Source: an uncultured Candidatus Saccharibacteria bacterium
GTDB lineage: Bacteria > Patescibacteriota > Minisyncoccia > Phycocordibacterales > UBA9973
NCBI GenBank assembly: GCA_964498035.1
Contig: CAZCFW010000001.1
Location: 1-55,285 of the forward strand
Length of the DNA stretch: 55,285 nt
Direction of reading: 5' to 3'
Under the pieces are notes generated by a model. That model saw nothing but the letters and a program-made list of their open reading frames with translations. It was not told the origin of the DNA and ran no database searches. Position numbers and translations under genes: made by a program. This document shows, piece after piece, positions 7,295 through 15,948 of this stretch. The first letter of the stretch is position 1. Each line of letters begins with the position of its first letter.

Positions 7295-8479
7295 ATGTCA
7301 CCTAAGGCAAAGAGACAATATCAGAATATGATGCACATACTACTCCTAGTTATACTTACTAGTATGGGTAAATTCATGCTGTATGACCCTTATATTAAAG
7401 GTGATATGGGTACAAATACTCCACTTACAGCAAACGCAGGTGATGCTATAGATAATACTGAAGTTGAAAGTATTCAAAAGGTCACACTTATTGCCGTTGG
7501 AGATGTGATGATGCACGATACTGAGATGAAGGCAGGCTATGATGCTAAAACTGACACATATAGTTTCGATGATTTATTTATAAATATAAAACCATTCCTA
7601 TCAGGTGATATTGTGTATGCGAATCTAGAGACTCCTGTCGCGGGTAAAGAACTTAAATACGGTGGCTATCCCAACTTCAACGCACCCAATGAATTACTTG
7701 ATGCACTTAAGAATAGCTACTTTACTCATCTTTCACTTGCCAACAATCACGCTCTAGATAGAGGTGCTGTGGGACTTTCGAATACAGTTAAGAATGTGGA
7801 GAATTTAAACTTTGTCGCACTAGGAGCTAGAAATGATAATAGTAAAAACAATTTCGAAATTACGGAAATAAATGGAGTTCGTCTTGGATTTATTTCATAT
7901 ACATATGGTACCAATGGCCTTAAGCTAAGTGATAAAAATGCTTACATGCTTTCTTATATAAACAAGGATCAAATAAAGAAAGATATTGCAGATTTGAAGA
8001 GTAAAGGAGTAGATGTAACCATAGCTACATTTCATTTCGGCGAGGAATACAGATTGACTGAAAATGAATACCAAAAGGATATTGCTTCATTTGCATGTGC
8101 AAATGGTGCAGATGTGGTGCTGGGTGCGCATCCTCACGTGCTTCAGCCTATAGTTTATCTGAATGATAATAAATGCTTAGTAGCGTATTCACTTGGGAAT
8201 TTCGTTTCGGGTATGAGTTCAGAGTACAAAGATCTTGGCGGAGTGCTCAAGGTTGAAATTTCAAAAAAAGACGATGTGATTGAAATGGTTCCAGACTTCA
8301 TGGGTACATGGGTGAAGAGGAGTACAGACGCAAATGGTATGAAGACGTTTACTGTTGTGCCACTTCCTAAAGATAAAATCCCAGATACTATACCTGTTAC
8401 TAAAGCTGAGGAAATACGCCTAGAAATGTATCGAAAGTTTATAGATACTAAGATTAAAACTTACACATCAAGGTCCTAG
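7295..8479 (+). CDS. CapA family (PGA_cap metallophosphatase-like) protein
   Basis: IAVGDVMMHD...ANLETPV...LANNHALDRG...HFGEEY...GAHPHV is the typical CapA motif order. Confidence 0.75.
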   Translation: MSPKAKRQYQNMMHILLLVILTSMGKFMLYDPYIKGDMGTNTPLTANAGDAIDNTEVESIQKVTLIAVGDVMMHDTEMKAGYDAKTDTYSFDDLFINIKPFLSGDIVYANLETPVAGKELKYGGYPNFNAPNELLDALKNSYFTHLSLANNHALDRGAVGLSNTVKNVENLNFVALGARNDNSKNNFEITEINGVRLGFISYTYGTNGLKLSDKNAYMLSYINKDQIKKDIADLKSKGVDVTIATFHFGEEYRLTENEYQKDIASFACANGADVVLGAHPHVLQPIVYLNDNKCLVAYSLGNFVSGMSSEYKDLGGVLKVEISKKDDVIEMVPDFMGTWVKRSTDANGMKTFTVVPLPKDKIPDTIPVTKAEEIRLEMYRKFIDTKIKTYTSRS

Positions 8480-8495
8480 AAATAGGACTTTTTTG

Positions 8496-8504
8496 TGCTA
8501 TAAT
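8496..8504 (+). promoter_or_regulatory. Extended -10 box TGCTATAAT, 6 nt upstream of ATG 8511
   Basis: The ORF-track TTG start at 8493 would lie upstream of this box, so ATG 8511 is preferred. Confidence 0.55.
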
Positions 8505-8510
8505 CGACTT

Positions 8511-9536
8511 ATGACAAATAAAAATATTCAACTTTATTTCTTCCTTAGTTTGCTTATAATTATTGCAATTTTTAACATAGCGATATTCTTACCATTTCTT
8601 AAATTATTTATAGTTGTGGCAATTTTTGCTGTGGTATTCACACCAATGTTTGAAAGGATCAGGAAGTATATTGTGAAGAATAAATCCTTTGCAGCAGTTC
8701 TGACTATTGTATTTGTGGCCATACTAGTACTTATTCCGATCACTTTCTTTACTTTCAAAGTTTTTGGAGAAGTGAAGGGAGTATCTAGCAATATCAGTAA
8801 TTTAAATATTACACTTTCACATATTTCAGAAAATTTAAATCATAAGTTTGCAGGTTTTGTCCCTGCAGGTTCTATTGACTTATCTTCTTATATTGGATCT
8901 GTCTTTAGTAATATTGTAAGTAATTTAGGTGGTATATTCTCAAGTATCGCCTCATTTATCCCAGCAATTTTCTTGGCTACTATTGCACTATTTTTCTTTA
9001 TTCGCGATGGTAGAAGCTTTGTTGATAAGATGATACGTATTAGTCCACTTAATGATGAACATGATTTGCAAATACTTACTAAGCTTAAGCGTGCGATAAA
9101 TTCAATAGTAAAAGGAACACTTCTCATGTCTGGAATACAAGGCGTGATGGCATGGATAGGCTTTATGATTTTTGGTGTGCCAAACGCTGCCATGTGGGGT
9201 GCCATCACAATCTTTGCAGCCCTTATCCCGAGTATCGGTACAGCTCTTATTGTGGTGCCTGCTATCGTCTACCTTATATTTACTGGAGCATCACTATTTA
9301 GCATTATAGGCCTTGCAGTTTGGGGAATTTTTATCGTAGGACTTGTGGATAATTTTGCTAGACCAATACTCGTGGGTAAAGAAGTAGATATTCATCCATT
9401 CCTAGTGATGATGTCAGTTTTTGGTGGTCTTATAGTATTTGGTCCTGCAGGATTTATACTTGGACCGCTCGTTCTAGCATTTCTATCTGCACTTATAGAT
9501 ATCTATCCGACAATTACTAAGAAAGTTTTAGAGTAG
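8511..9536 (+). CDS. AI-2E family transporter (PerM/UPF0118-like permease)
   Basis: Multi-span membrane protein with GTLLMSGIQGV..WIGF.IFGVPNA..WG motifs typical of the family. Confidence 0.75.
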   Translation: MTNKNIQLYFFLSLLIIIAIFNIAIFLPFLKLFIVVAIFAVVFTPMFERIRKYIVKNKSFAAVLTIVFVAILVLIPITFFTFKVFGEVKGVSSNISNLNITLSHISENLNHKFAGFVPAGSIDLSSYIGSVFSNIVSNLGGIFSSIASFIPAIFLATIALFFFIRDGRSFVDKMIRISPLNDEHDLQILTKLKRAINSIVKGTLLMSGIQGVMAWIGFMIFGVPNAAMWGAITIFAALIPSIGTALIVVPAIVYLIFTGASLFSIIGLAVWGIFIVGLVDNFARPILVGKEVDIHPFLVMMSVFGGLIVFGPAGFILGPLVLAFLSALIDIYPTITKKVLE

Positions 9537-9539
9537 ATA

Positions 9540-10277
9540 ATGAATAAGAATACTATCAAATTCATAAAGTCGCTACACCTCAAGAAATTCCGCCGTGAAG
9601 AGGGGATGTTCCTCGTGGAAGGTGAGAAAAGCATTGTCGAGCTACTGAAGTCCGACTTCGATATAGTAAATATTTTTATAACGCGCGAAATATTCGAAAA
9701 GTATCGCGAGGATTTCCGGAAGTTTGATGCAATATCTGAAATTGTGGAGGAAGAAGATCTTACAAAAGCTAGCACCCTTGAGTTCAACGACACTGGGATT
9801 GCGGTGGTAAGAGTGAAAGAGAATATAGAATTTAATACTCTAAATGAGATGGCGATAATGCTCGATGAAATTCGTGACCCTGGTAATTTGGGTACTATTA
9901 TCCGCACTGCGGACTGGTATGGAGTAAAGAAAATAATTTGCAGTGAGACGACCGCGGAATTTTATAATCCGAAAGTGATTGCAGCATCCATGGGCTCATT
10001 TACAAGAGTAGATATTTTTTATACTGATCTTAAAAATTATCTAGATAAGTATAAGGATGTGAAAGTTTTAGGAGCACTGCTTGATGGCAGTGATGCACAC
10101 ACATTCGAGTATCCTCACTCTGGAATACTCCTAATGGGTAATGAATCAAATGGCATACATGCTGAACTTTTGCCTTATATCACAGACAAGATTACAATAC
10201 CTCGCTATGGTAAAGCTGAATCGCTCAATGTCTCCATGGCAACTGGCATCATACTAGACAATTGGAAAAGAAAATAA
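9540..10277 (+). CDS. TrmH/SpoU family RNA 2'-O-methyltransferase (RlmB-like, with N-terminal substrate-binding domain)
   Basis: LDEIRDPGNLGTIIRTADWYG, LLMGNESNGI and IP..GKAESLNVSMATGI are SpoU motifs 1-3. Confidence 0.8.
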   Translation: MNKNTIKFIKSLHLKKFRREEGMFLVEGEKSIVELLKSDFDIVNIFITREIFEKYREDFRKFDAISEIVEEEDLTKASTLEFNDTGIAVVRVKENIEFNTLNEMAIMLDEIRDPGNLGTIIRTADWYGVKKIICSETTAEFYNPKVIAASMGSFTRVDIFYTDLKNYLDKYKDVKVLGALLDGSDAHTFEYPHSGILLMGNESNGIHAELLPYITDKITIPRYGKAESLNVSMATGIILDNWKRK

Positions 10278-10307
10278 AAAATAGAGCCACATGGCTCTAT
10301 TTTTTTT
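10276..10307. terminator. Bidirectional rho-independent terminator
   Basis: AAAAAATAGAGCC-ACAT-GGCTCTATTTTTTT between convergent genes. Confidence 0.75.
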
Positions 10308-10497
10308 ACCTTCTTTCTCGGCGTCGTTCGTAGCGACTGTCTTCCTCTTCTTCAATTTTTTCCTTAGTGATACCGCAATTTGGGCACACATTTCCTACGA
10401 GTTTGATATTACATTCAGGGCAGATTGTATCGTCGCTACTGTTTGCGACAGGGGCATCCTCTATAGACAAATTTTCCATGTATTCTTCATAATTCAT
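10306..10497 (-). CDS. Small zinc-ribbon protein (63 aa) with acidic/basic C-terminal tail
   Basis: CPECN...CPNCG double-CxxC motif. It has its own extended -10 8 nt upstream of the ATG and a terminator downstream. I preferred it over the overlapping plus-strand ORF 10291-10521. Confidence 0.55.
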   Translation of the reverse strand: MNYEEYMENLSIEDAPVANSSDDTICPECNIKLVGNVCPNCGITKEKIEEEEDSRYERRRERR

Positions 10498-10505
10498 ATG
10501 AGATT

Positions 10506-10514
10506 AATATATCA
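10506..10514 (-). promoter_or_regulatory. Extended -10 box TGATATATT (minus strand), 8 nt upstream of ATG 10497
   Basis: Reverse complement of AATATATCA with an 8-nt gap. Confidence 0.5.
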
Positions 10515-10543
10515 TATATGAATACTGTAATCAAAATAATGTA

Positions 10544-10552
10544 TGCTATAAT
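10544..10552 (+). promoter_or_regulatory. Extended -10 box TGCTATAAT, 8 nt upstream of ATG 10561
   Basis: TGnTATAAT with an 8-nt gap. Confidence 0.55.
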
Positions 10553-10560
10553 TTTAAAAT

Positions 10561-13227
10561 ATGGAATGGTATAAACAAGAAAGTGGAGAGTTATATAAAA
10601 ACTTAGAGAGCAATGAATCTGGGCTTAGTGAAGAGCAGGTGATTCTTAAAAGGACTAAGTATGGTGAAAACAAATTACCTGAAGATAAAAAAATTACATA
10701 TTTAGAAATATTTTTACGTCAATTCCAAAGTTCACTTATTTATGTGCTTCTTGTGGCTTGTATCATTGTATTTATCATGGGTGATTATGGTAGTGGGTTT
10801 TTTATTGCAATCGTTCTTGTGATTAATGCTCTCATTGGTACCTTCCAGGAAGGCAAAGCTCAAAATACTTTAGTTGCATTAAATCACCTAGTCGATACAA
10901 AGGCGACTGTGCTGAGGAAAGGAATAGAGTTAATTGTAAATGATTCTGAGCTTGTCCCGGGCGATATCATAATCCTAAAAGAAGGCGACAAGATTCCAGC
11001 TGATTCCAGATTAATTCAAGCTGATGAATTTACTGTAGATGAATCAACCCTGACTGGTGAATCTGATAATATTCACAAAAAGTCTGAACCTATCGAGGGT
11101 AACGATCTTGTGATTCAAGATCAAATAAATATGGTTTTCCGTGGTACTTATATTCTCTCAGGAAGTGGGAAGGCGATAGTGGTGGCTACTGGAGTTGATA
11201 CTTTTATAGGTAAGATATCTGTGAAATTAAAATCACTCGATACAGATGTGCCACTAAAGGCAGACATAAAGAAACTTTCAAATGCACTTATTGTGATTGT
11301 ATGCGTTATTGTTGTAATAATGTTTTTCTTAGGAATTTATTCCGGTATCGTGCCGAGAGATATGTTTGCTATCGCTGTAGCAGTGGCTGTGTCTGCCATT
11401 CCAGAAGGTTTGCCTGTGGTGGTGACTCTCATACTAGCCACTGGAGTTTCTCGCATGAGTAAGAGGAATGCTCTGATCAAGAATTTGCAAGCTGTGGAAG
11501 CTCTCGGCCAAGCTGATATTATTGCGGTTGATAAGACAGGCACTATTACACTCAATCAAATGATGGTCACCGAGATATACACAGCCACAGGGTCATATAC
11601 TATCGATGGAGATGGTTATGAGCCAAAGGGTCAATTCAGCCAAGCAGGTAAAATAGTAGACCATACAAGTAGAGTCGACTTGATGTGTATGGGGAAAATT
11701 GCTTCTTTTACTTCAAGTGCGCACATAGCTTACTCTGAGGAAAATAAATTATGGCAGAGAGTGTCTGGTGATCCTACTGAAGTTGCGCTACTCGTATTTG
11801 CACAGAAGTTGGGAATAAATAAATTCGTACTTGAAGCCGAAAATATAAAAATAAATGAAACTCCTTTTAATTATAAGGACAAATTCCATAGTACTTTAAA
11901 TGAAGTCGGTGGTAAGAAAGTATTATTTGTTGCTGGCTCTCCTGAGGTTATTATAAATTCATGTAAAGATGTTTGGACTCCAACAGGTATAGTAGAGATG
12001 GGTTTGAAAAATAAACAAATCGAGGATGGATTAAATAATCTTTTAAGTAAGGGTCTTCGGGTGCTTGCACTTGCAAAATGCGAGGTGAATAATTCTGACC
12101 ATAATGATAATCCTCTTCCAGATCTAAGCTTCGTGGGTTTTGTCGGCATAGAAGATTCTATTCGTAAAGAGGTGGCAGATGCCGTGTCTCGATCTAAAAT
12201 TGCTGGGATTAAAGTAGTGATGATTACTGGTGACCATGTGGAGACGGCGAAAGCTATCGGGAAGACTGTCGGCATATATAATGAAAATGATAAAGTGCTC
12301 ACTGGTTACGAGCTTGATAATCTAAGTCCTAGTGAATTACGCGCGAAGATAGTGCATACGAGTATTTTTGCTCGAGTGACGCCGGATCATAAAATGAAGA
12401 TTATCAATGCATATAAAAATGCTGGCCTTGTGGTGGCCATGACCGGTGACGGAGTAAATGATGCACTTTCTCTCGCCGCAGCTGACCTCGGGGTGGCTAT
12501 GGGCAAGGTGGGTACTGAAGTAGCAAAAGAAGCATCAGACATAGTTCTCCTTGATGACAATTTCGGTAGTATTGTGTCTGCGGTGGAAGAGGGAAGAAAT
12601 ATATACAATACAATTAAAAAGGTAGTGATGTATTTGCTCTCGACAGGGCTTGGAGAAATCTTTGCAATAGCGGGAGCTATAATCTTGGGTCTTGATATGC
12701 CATTTTCTGCAAGTCAGATTATATGGCTCAACTTCGTGACGGATGGATTCCTCGTGGTTGCGCTTGCACTCGAGCCAAGTGATTCAGGTGTCCTTTCTGA
12801 GAAAAGAAGTATTGATGACAAAACCTTTGTGACGAAATCCATGCTCATTCGAATGTTTATAATGGGTCTTGTGATGATGACTGGTACTTTAATATTATTT
12901 AAATTCTACTCCGCTGATTTCCTTAAAGCCTCGACTATGGCTGTGACAGTCCTTGCTATGTATCAATGGTTCAATGCGCTCAATTGTCGTTCTGATAAAA
13001 AATCTATTTTCGGTATGAAAATTTTTTCAAATATGTATTTAAATATTTCTCTTGTCGTGGTTTTAGCTCTGCAAATTATGGCAGTATATGTGCCATGGTT
13101 CAACAGATTCTTGCATACTACACCCATTGGATTATATGAGTGGTTTGTGATTTGTATGATGGCTCTGACTGTGATCGTGGTAGATGAGGTTTACAAATTT
13201 ATCCGTTCTGTTAGAATGCGCGTATGA
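10561..13227 (+). CDS. P-type cation-transporting ATPase (Ca2+/PMCA-SERCA-like, type II)
   Basis: DKTGTITLNQM phosphorylation motif, TGES, MITGDH and MTGDGVNDA hinge motif, plus about 10 predicted TM segments. Confidence 0.9.
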   Translation: MEWYKQESGELYKNLESNESGLSEEQVILKRTKYGENKLPEDKKITYLEIFLRQFQSSLIYVLLVACIIVFIMGDYGSGFFIAIVLVINALIGTFQEGKAQNTLVALNHLVDTKATVLRKGIELIVNDSELVPGDIIILKEGDKIPADSRLIQADEFTVDESTLTGESDNIHKKSEPIEGNDLVIQDQINMVFRGTYILSGSGKAIVVATGVDTFIGKISVKLKSLDTDVPLKADIKKLSNALIVIVCVIVVIMFFLGIYSGIVPRDMFAIAVAVAVSAIPEGLPVVVTLILATGVSRMSKRNALIKNLQAVEALGQADIIAVDKTGTITLNQMMVTEIYTATGSYTIDGDGYEPKGQFSQAGKIVDHTSRVDLMCMGKIASFTSSAHIAYSEENKLWQRVSGDPTEVALLVFAQKLGINKFVLEAENIKINETPFNYKDKFHSTLNEVGGKKVLFVAGSPEVIINSCKDVWTPTGIVEMGLKNKQIEDGLNNLLSKGLRVLALAKCEVNNSDHNDNPLPDLSFVGFVGIEDSIRKEVADAVSRSKIAGIKVVMITGDHVETAKAIGKTVGIYNENDKVLTGYELDNLSPSELRAKIVHTSIFARVTPDHKMKIINAYKNAGLVVAMTGDGVNDALSLAAADLGVAMGKVGTEVAKEASDIVLLDDNFGSIVSAVEEGRNIYNTIKKVVMYLLSTGLGEIFAIAGAIILGLDMPFSASQIIWLNFVTDGFLVVALALEPSDSGVLSEKRSIDDKTFVTKSMLIRMFIMGLVMMTGTLILFKFYSADFLKASTMAVTVLAMYQWFNALNCRSDKKSIFGMKIFSNMYLNISLVVVLALQIMAVYVPWFNRFLHTTPIGLYEWFVICMMALTVIVVDEVYKFIRSVRMRV

Positions 13228-13724
13228 AAATAACCCTGAAAGAAATCATTAAAAAGACCGAGAAGAACGAGCATTCTTGCATAGTAATACTCGACGAGCT
13301 TACCGATGTGCACAATGTAGGCGCAATCATCCGTAGCTCTGTGGCAGCTGGCGCTGATGCTATTGTCGTCGGCAAGCACAATCAAGCTCCGATCAATGAA
13401 ACTGTGGCTCGCACTTCTGCAAACACTGTGGGCATGATTCCGATAATTGAAATGAATGTGAATGATGCCATCCGCACACTCAAGGATAATAAATACTGGG
13501 TCCACGGACTCTTTATGCAAGGCGGGAGTACTCTCTGGAGTAGCGACCTCACTGGCAAAGTGGCGATAGTCGTCGGCTCTGAAGGTGAAGGAATAAATGA
13601 TCTTACGAAAAAGCTTTGCGACTTCTCACTCTCAATTCCAATGGATAAAAAAGTAGAATCCCTAAACGCCTCCGTCTCCGCCGCCATTGCCCTGTATGAA
13701 CGTTTACGCCAAATATCAAAGTAA
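13224..13724 (+). CDS. SpoU/TrmH family RNA methyltransferase (catalytic domain only)
   Basis: LTDVHNVGAIIRSS, VVGSEGEGI and IPM...ESLNASVSAAIALYE motifs. ATGA overlap with the preceding stop. Confidence 0.8.
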   Translation: MKITLKEIIKKTEKNEHSCIVILDELTDVHNVGAIIRSSVAAGADAIVVGKHNQAPINETVARTSANTVGMIPIIEMNVNDAIRTLKDNKYWVHGLFMQGGSTLWSSDLTGKVAIVVGSEGEGINDLTKKLCDFSLSIPMDKKVESLNASVSAAIALYERLRQISK

Positions 13725-13726
13725 AA

Positions 13727-13762
13727 AGCAAAAAAGTCCCTATTTATAGGGGCTTTTTTGCT
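13727..13762. terminator. Bidirectional hairpin terminator
   Basis: GCAAAAAAG-TCCCTATTTATAGGGG-CTTTTTTGC long hairpin. Confidence 0.65.
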
Positions 13763-13933
13763 TGACTTTTAGCCTTAAATCTGATATAATATGATGATAA
13801 ATAGTTCCTTAAAATAAGGTCAAAAAGTATGGATTTACTGTAGCATTTTGTATTTATTACCTTTAAATATGAATATAAAATGCTATGGTAAATTCCTATT
13901 GGAAAGCCCTCTGGTATTAATACACAAAGCGTT

Positions 13934-14584
13934 ATGCAATCTGACACACAGACAAAGCACGTTACCAGCAGACAGGGCGTGCAACTGGCAGAATTTGCCA
14001 GAAAATTCGGGGTTAGCAGAGAAGACCTCGCAACTTTCCTTAAAGACAAAACAAGGAGAGAAAAATTCTTTAGTGACTTAAACACTGACAACTGGTTTAT
14101 TCAGCTTCAAGCAGAAGCGAAGAAAATCGGTGCTCAGCTTTATCTCATTCCAATGATTAAGGTCAATTACGCCAGACCGCACAAAGAAGCTGCGATGGCA
14201 GGCGGACCACAAACAGGAAATTTTTACAATGTACTTAAAGTGGCTGATAAATATCAGCCCTCAGAGGACAAATTAACTGCTGAAACTATCGTACTGCTCA
14301 ATTATCCCAAAGGTGGTGGCAATTACGATAAAACTGTTAAGTGGGGACTTTCCAACGGTCTTCGCAAAACAACCCCACACGTTCCATTTGCAATCGGCGA
14401 GGAATTACCAACACTCAACTACGACCTCGGCCCAAATCCGATGTATGTGGTTGAAACAACTGGATGTACGATTGACGGCAATGCAGCCGCGTGTAATGTG
14501 TGTTGGGACGATGCGGAACGCGAGTCTGTCTTGGATTTGCAGAGCTTCTTGGGCGACAATTGCTGGTCCGCTTTCCGTAAGTAA
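13934..14584 (+). CDS. Hypothetical protein (216 aa), no recognisable domain
   Basis: Long ORF of about 50% G+C embedded in very AT-rich intergenic DNA. A TGgTATTAA box lies 13 nt upstream. The C-terminal third is Cys/Trp-containing (TTGCTIDGNAAACNVCWDD...DNCWSAF). Confidence 0.5.
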   Translation: MQSDTQTKHVTSRQGVQLAEFARKFGVSREDLATFLKDKTRREKFFSDLNTDNWFIQLQAEAKKIGAQLYLIPMIKVNYARPHKEAAMAGGPQTGNFYNVLKVADKYQPSEDKLTAETIVLLNYPKGGGNYDKTVKWGLSNGLRKTTPHVPFAIGEELPTLNYDLGPNPMYVVETTGCTIDGNAAACNVCWDDAERESVLDLQSFLGDNCWSAFRK

Positions 14585-14675
14585 CATTTAGGAATTAGTC
14601 ACTGAGTACTCTAATTTTCCTTAGGGCTTAGTTCTTTTGCATTTAAAAAGTTTAGGTAGGTTTTGCAAATCTCCA

Positions 14676-14707
14676 CCCTCGTACAATATACGGGGGTTAT
14701 TTTTTAT
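14676..14707 (+). terminator. Rho-independent terminator
   Basis: CCCTCGTA-CAATA-TACGGGGG hairpin (one G-U pair) followed by TTATTTTTT. Confidence 0.5.
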
Positions 14708-14831
14708 TTACCCATTCGCACGAATATGCCTATATTTTTCTTAAAAATATTTACGACAAATATCAAAGTAGTGTATAATAAAAGTATATTATTAATTTAA
14801 CCTGTCTGCCGTTGGCAGATTAATAAATTTT

Positions 14832-14897
14832 ATGGGAAAAGGAGACAATAGACAACAGAAGAATGTGAAGAAGCCAAAAAAGGATAAGAAGAAATAG
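14832..14897 (+). CDS. Candidate micro-ORF, 21-aa Lys-rich peptide MGKGDNRQQKNVKKPKKDKKK
   Basis: Not in the ORF track because it is too short. It has its own TATAAT (14774-14779), a ~45-nt leader with a hairpin, and its own terminator. The N-terminal MGKGD matches the start of ribosomal protein THX as I recall it. Confidence 0.3.
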   Translation: MGKGDNRQQKNVKKPKKDKKK

Positions 14898-14908
14898 TTT
14901 TCATGAAG

Positions 14909-14928
14909 TCACCCGAAAGGGTGATTTT
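14909..14928 (+). terminator. Rho-independent terminator
   Basis: TCACCC-GAAA-GGGTGA followed by TTTT. Confidence 0.65.
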
Positions 14929-14929
14929 A

Positions 14930-14938
14930 TGTTATAAT
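14930..14938 (+). promoter_or_regulatory. Extended -10 box TGTTATAAT, 7 nt upstream of ATG 14946
   Basis: TGnTATAAT with a 7-nt gap. Confidence 0.55.
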
Positions 14939-14945
14939 AGCTCTT

Positions 14946-15947
14946 ATGATAATGATCGGAATATTTATACTACTGATGGCTTCAGGCTTCTTCTCGGCCC
15001 TTACGCTCGCATATATGACCTTTGATGTAGCTGTGCTTGAGCGTATGGCGAAGCAGAAGAACAAGGATGCTGTGGCAGTGCTTTCCATCCGTAAGCATGG
15101 TATGAAGCTCCTAGCTACGCTTATTCTAGGCACGAACCTTGCAAACGCATTTGCGACAGTGCTCATTGGTGACCGCTTCAGTGGATTTGTGACGGGTATA
15201 GTTTCCGCAGCGCTTATATTCCTCCTTGCAGATGTTTTCCCTCAATCTTTCGGTAGTCGCCACGCACTTAAGCTCGGTAGCTTCTGTGCACCATTTATGA
15301 AATTGCTACTTTTTATTTTCTATCCCATCACTGCGCCTATTGCGTATCTCCTCAAGAAAATTTTGGGTGAAGAAAAGGTGAATAAACTTTCTAAGATTGA
15401 TTTGCTTTCAATACTAGATGAAGATGAGAAGAACAATGTCCTCGGTGTAGACCACGACGAGCGTCGTATTGCTCGCGGGTCGCTTTCATTCTCGACTCGC
15501 CGTGTGTTAAATACGATGACTCCAAACACTGTCGTGAAAACTATTTCATCCGGTGCTGTGCTCGACCACGATGCACTTATAGAGCTCCGTGATACCGGCT
15601 ACTCACGCATCCCTGTGTATGAGCATGACCACAATAATTTCATCGGAATTTTGTATTTGAAAGATTTGATTGGTATACCAGTGCCAAGTAATGTGGCTGA
15701 TGTGATGGACCGCACGGTTCACTTCGTGCATGAGCAGGATCCGCTTGATAAAGTGCTCGGTGAATTCATATCTACAAAGATGCATCTTTTCGTGGTGCTC
15801 GATGAATTCGGAGGATTTACAGGAGTGATTACTGTGGAAGATATACTTGAAGAAATTATTGGCCAAGAAATAATGGATGAAGATGATGTGATCCCAGACC
15901 TCCGTTCATTTGCCAAAGCCCGCCAGAAAAATAAGATGGATAAATAA
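14946..15947 (+). CDS. CNNM/DUF21 transmembrane + CBS-pair protein (hemolysin/TlyC-family, lacks CorC_HlyC tail)
   Basis: N-terminal 4-TM DUF21-like region is followed by two CBS-like repeats (TPNTVVKTIS...; VMDRTVHFVHEQDPLDKVLGEF...LFVVLDEFGGFTGVITVEDILEEIIG). Confidence 0.8.
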   Translation: MIMIGIFILLMASGFFSALTLAYMTFDVAVLERMAKQKNKDAVAVLSIRKHGMKLLATLILGTNLANAFATVLIGDRFSGFVTGIVSAALIFLLADVFPQSFGSRHALKLGSFCAPFMKLLLFIFYPITAPIAYLLKKILGEEKVNKLSKIDLLSILDEDEKNNVLGVDHDERRIARGSLSFSTRRVLNTMTPNTVVKTISSGAVLDHDALIELRDTGYSRIPVYEHDHNNFIGILYLKDLIGIPVPSNVADVMDRTVHFVHEQDPLDKVLGEFISTKMHLFVVLDEFGGFTGVITVEDILEEIIGQEIMDEDDVIPDLRSFAKARQKNKMDK

Positions 15948-15948
15948 T

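Noticed and set aside
8493-8510. TTG start for the AI-2E transporter given by the ORF track
   Set aside because: That start lies upstream of, and its first codons run through, the TGCTATAAT box (8496-8504) that most likely drives the gene. ATG 8511 follows the box at the standard 6-nt distance.
10291-10521. 76-aa plus-strand ORF opposite the zinc-ribbon gene
   Set aside because: It starts inside the terminator of the upstream gene and has no promoter. The minus-strand ORF has CPxC...CPxC motifs, an extended -10 at the standard 8-nt distance and a terminator.
13744-14091. 115-aa minus-strand ORF and the 13848-14081 plus-strand ORF upstream of or overlapping the orphan gene
   Set aside because: They span AT-rich intergenic DNA and the 5' end of the better-supported 13934-14584 frame, with no start-site signals.
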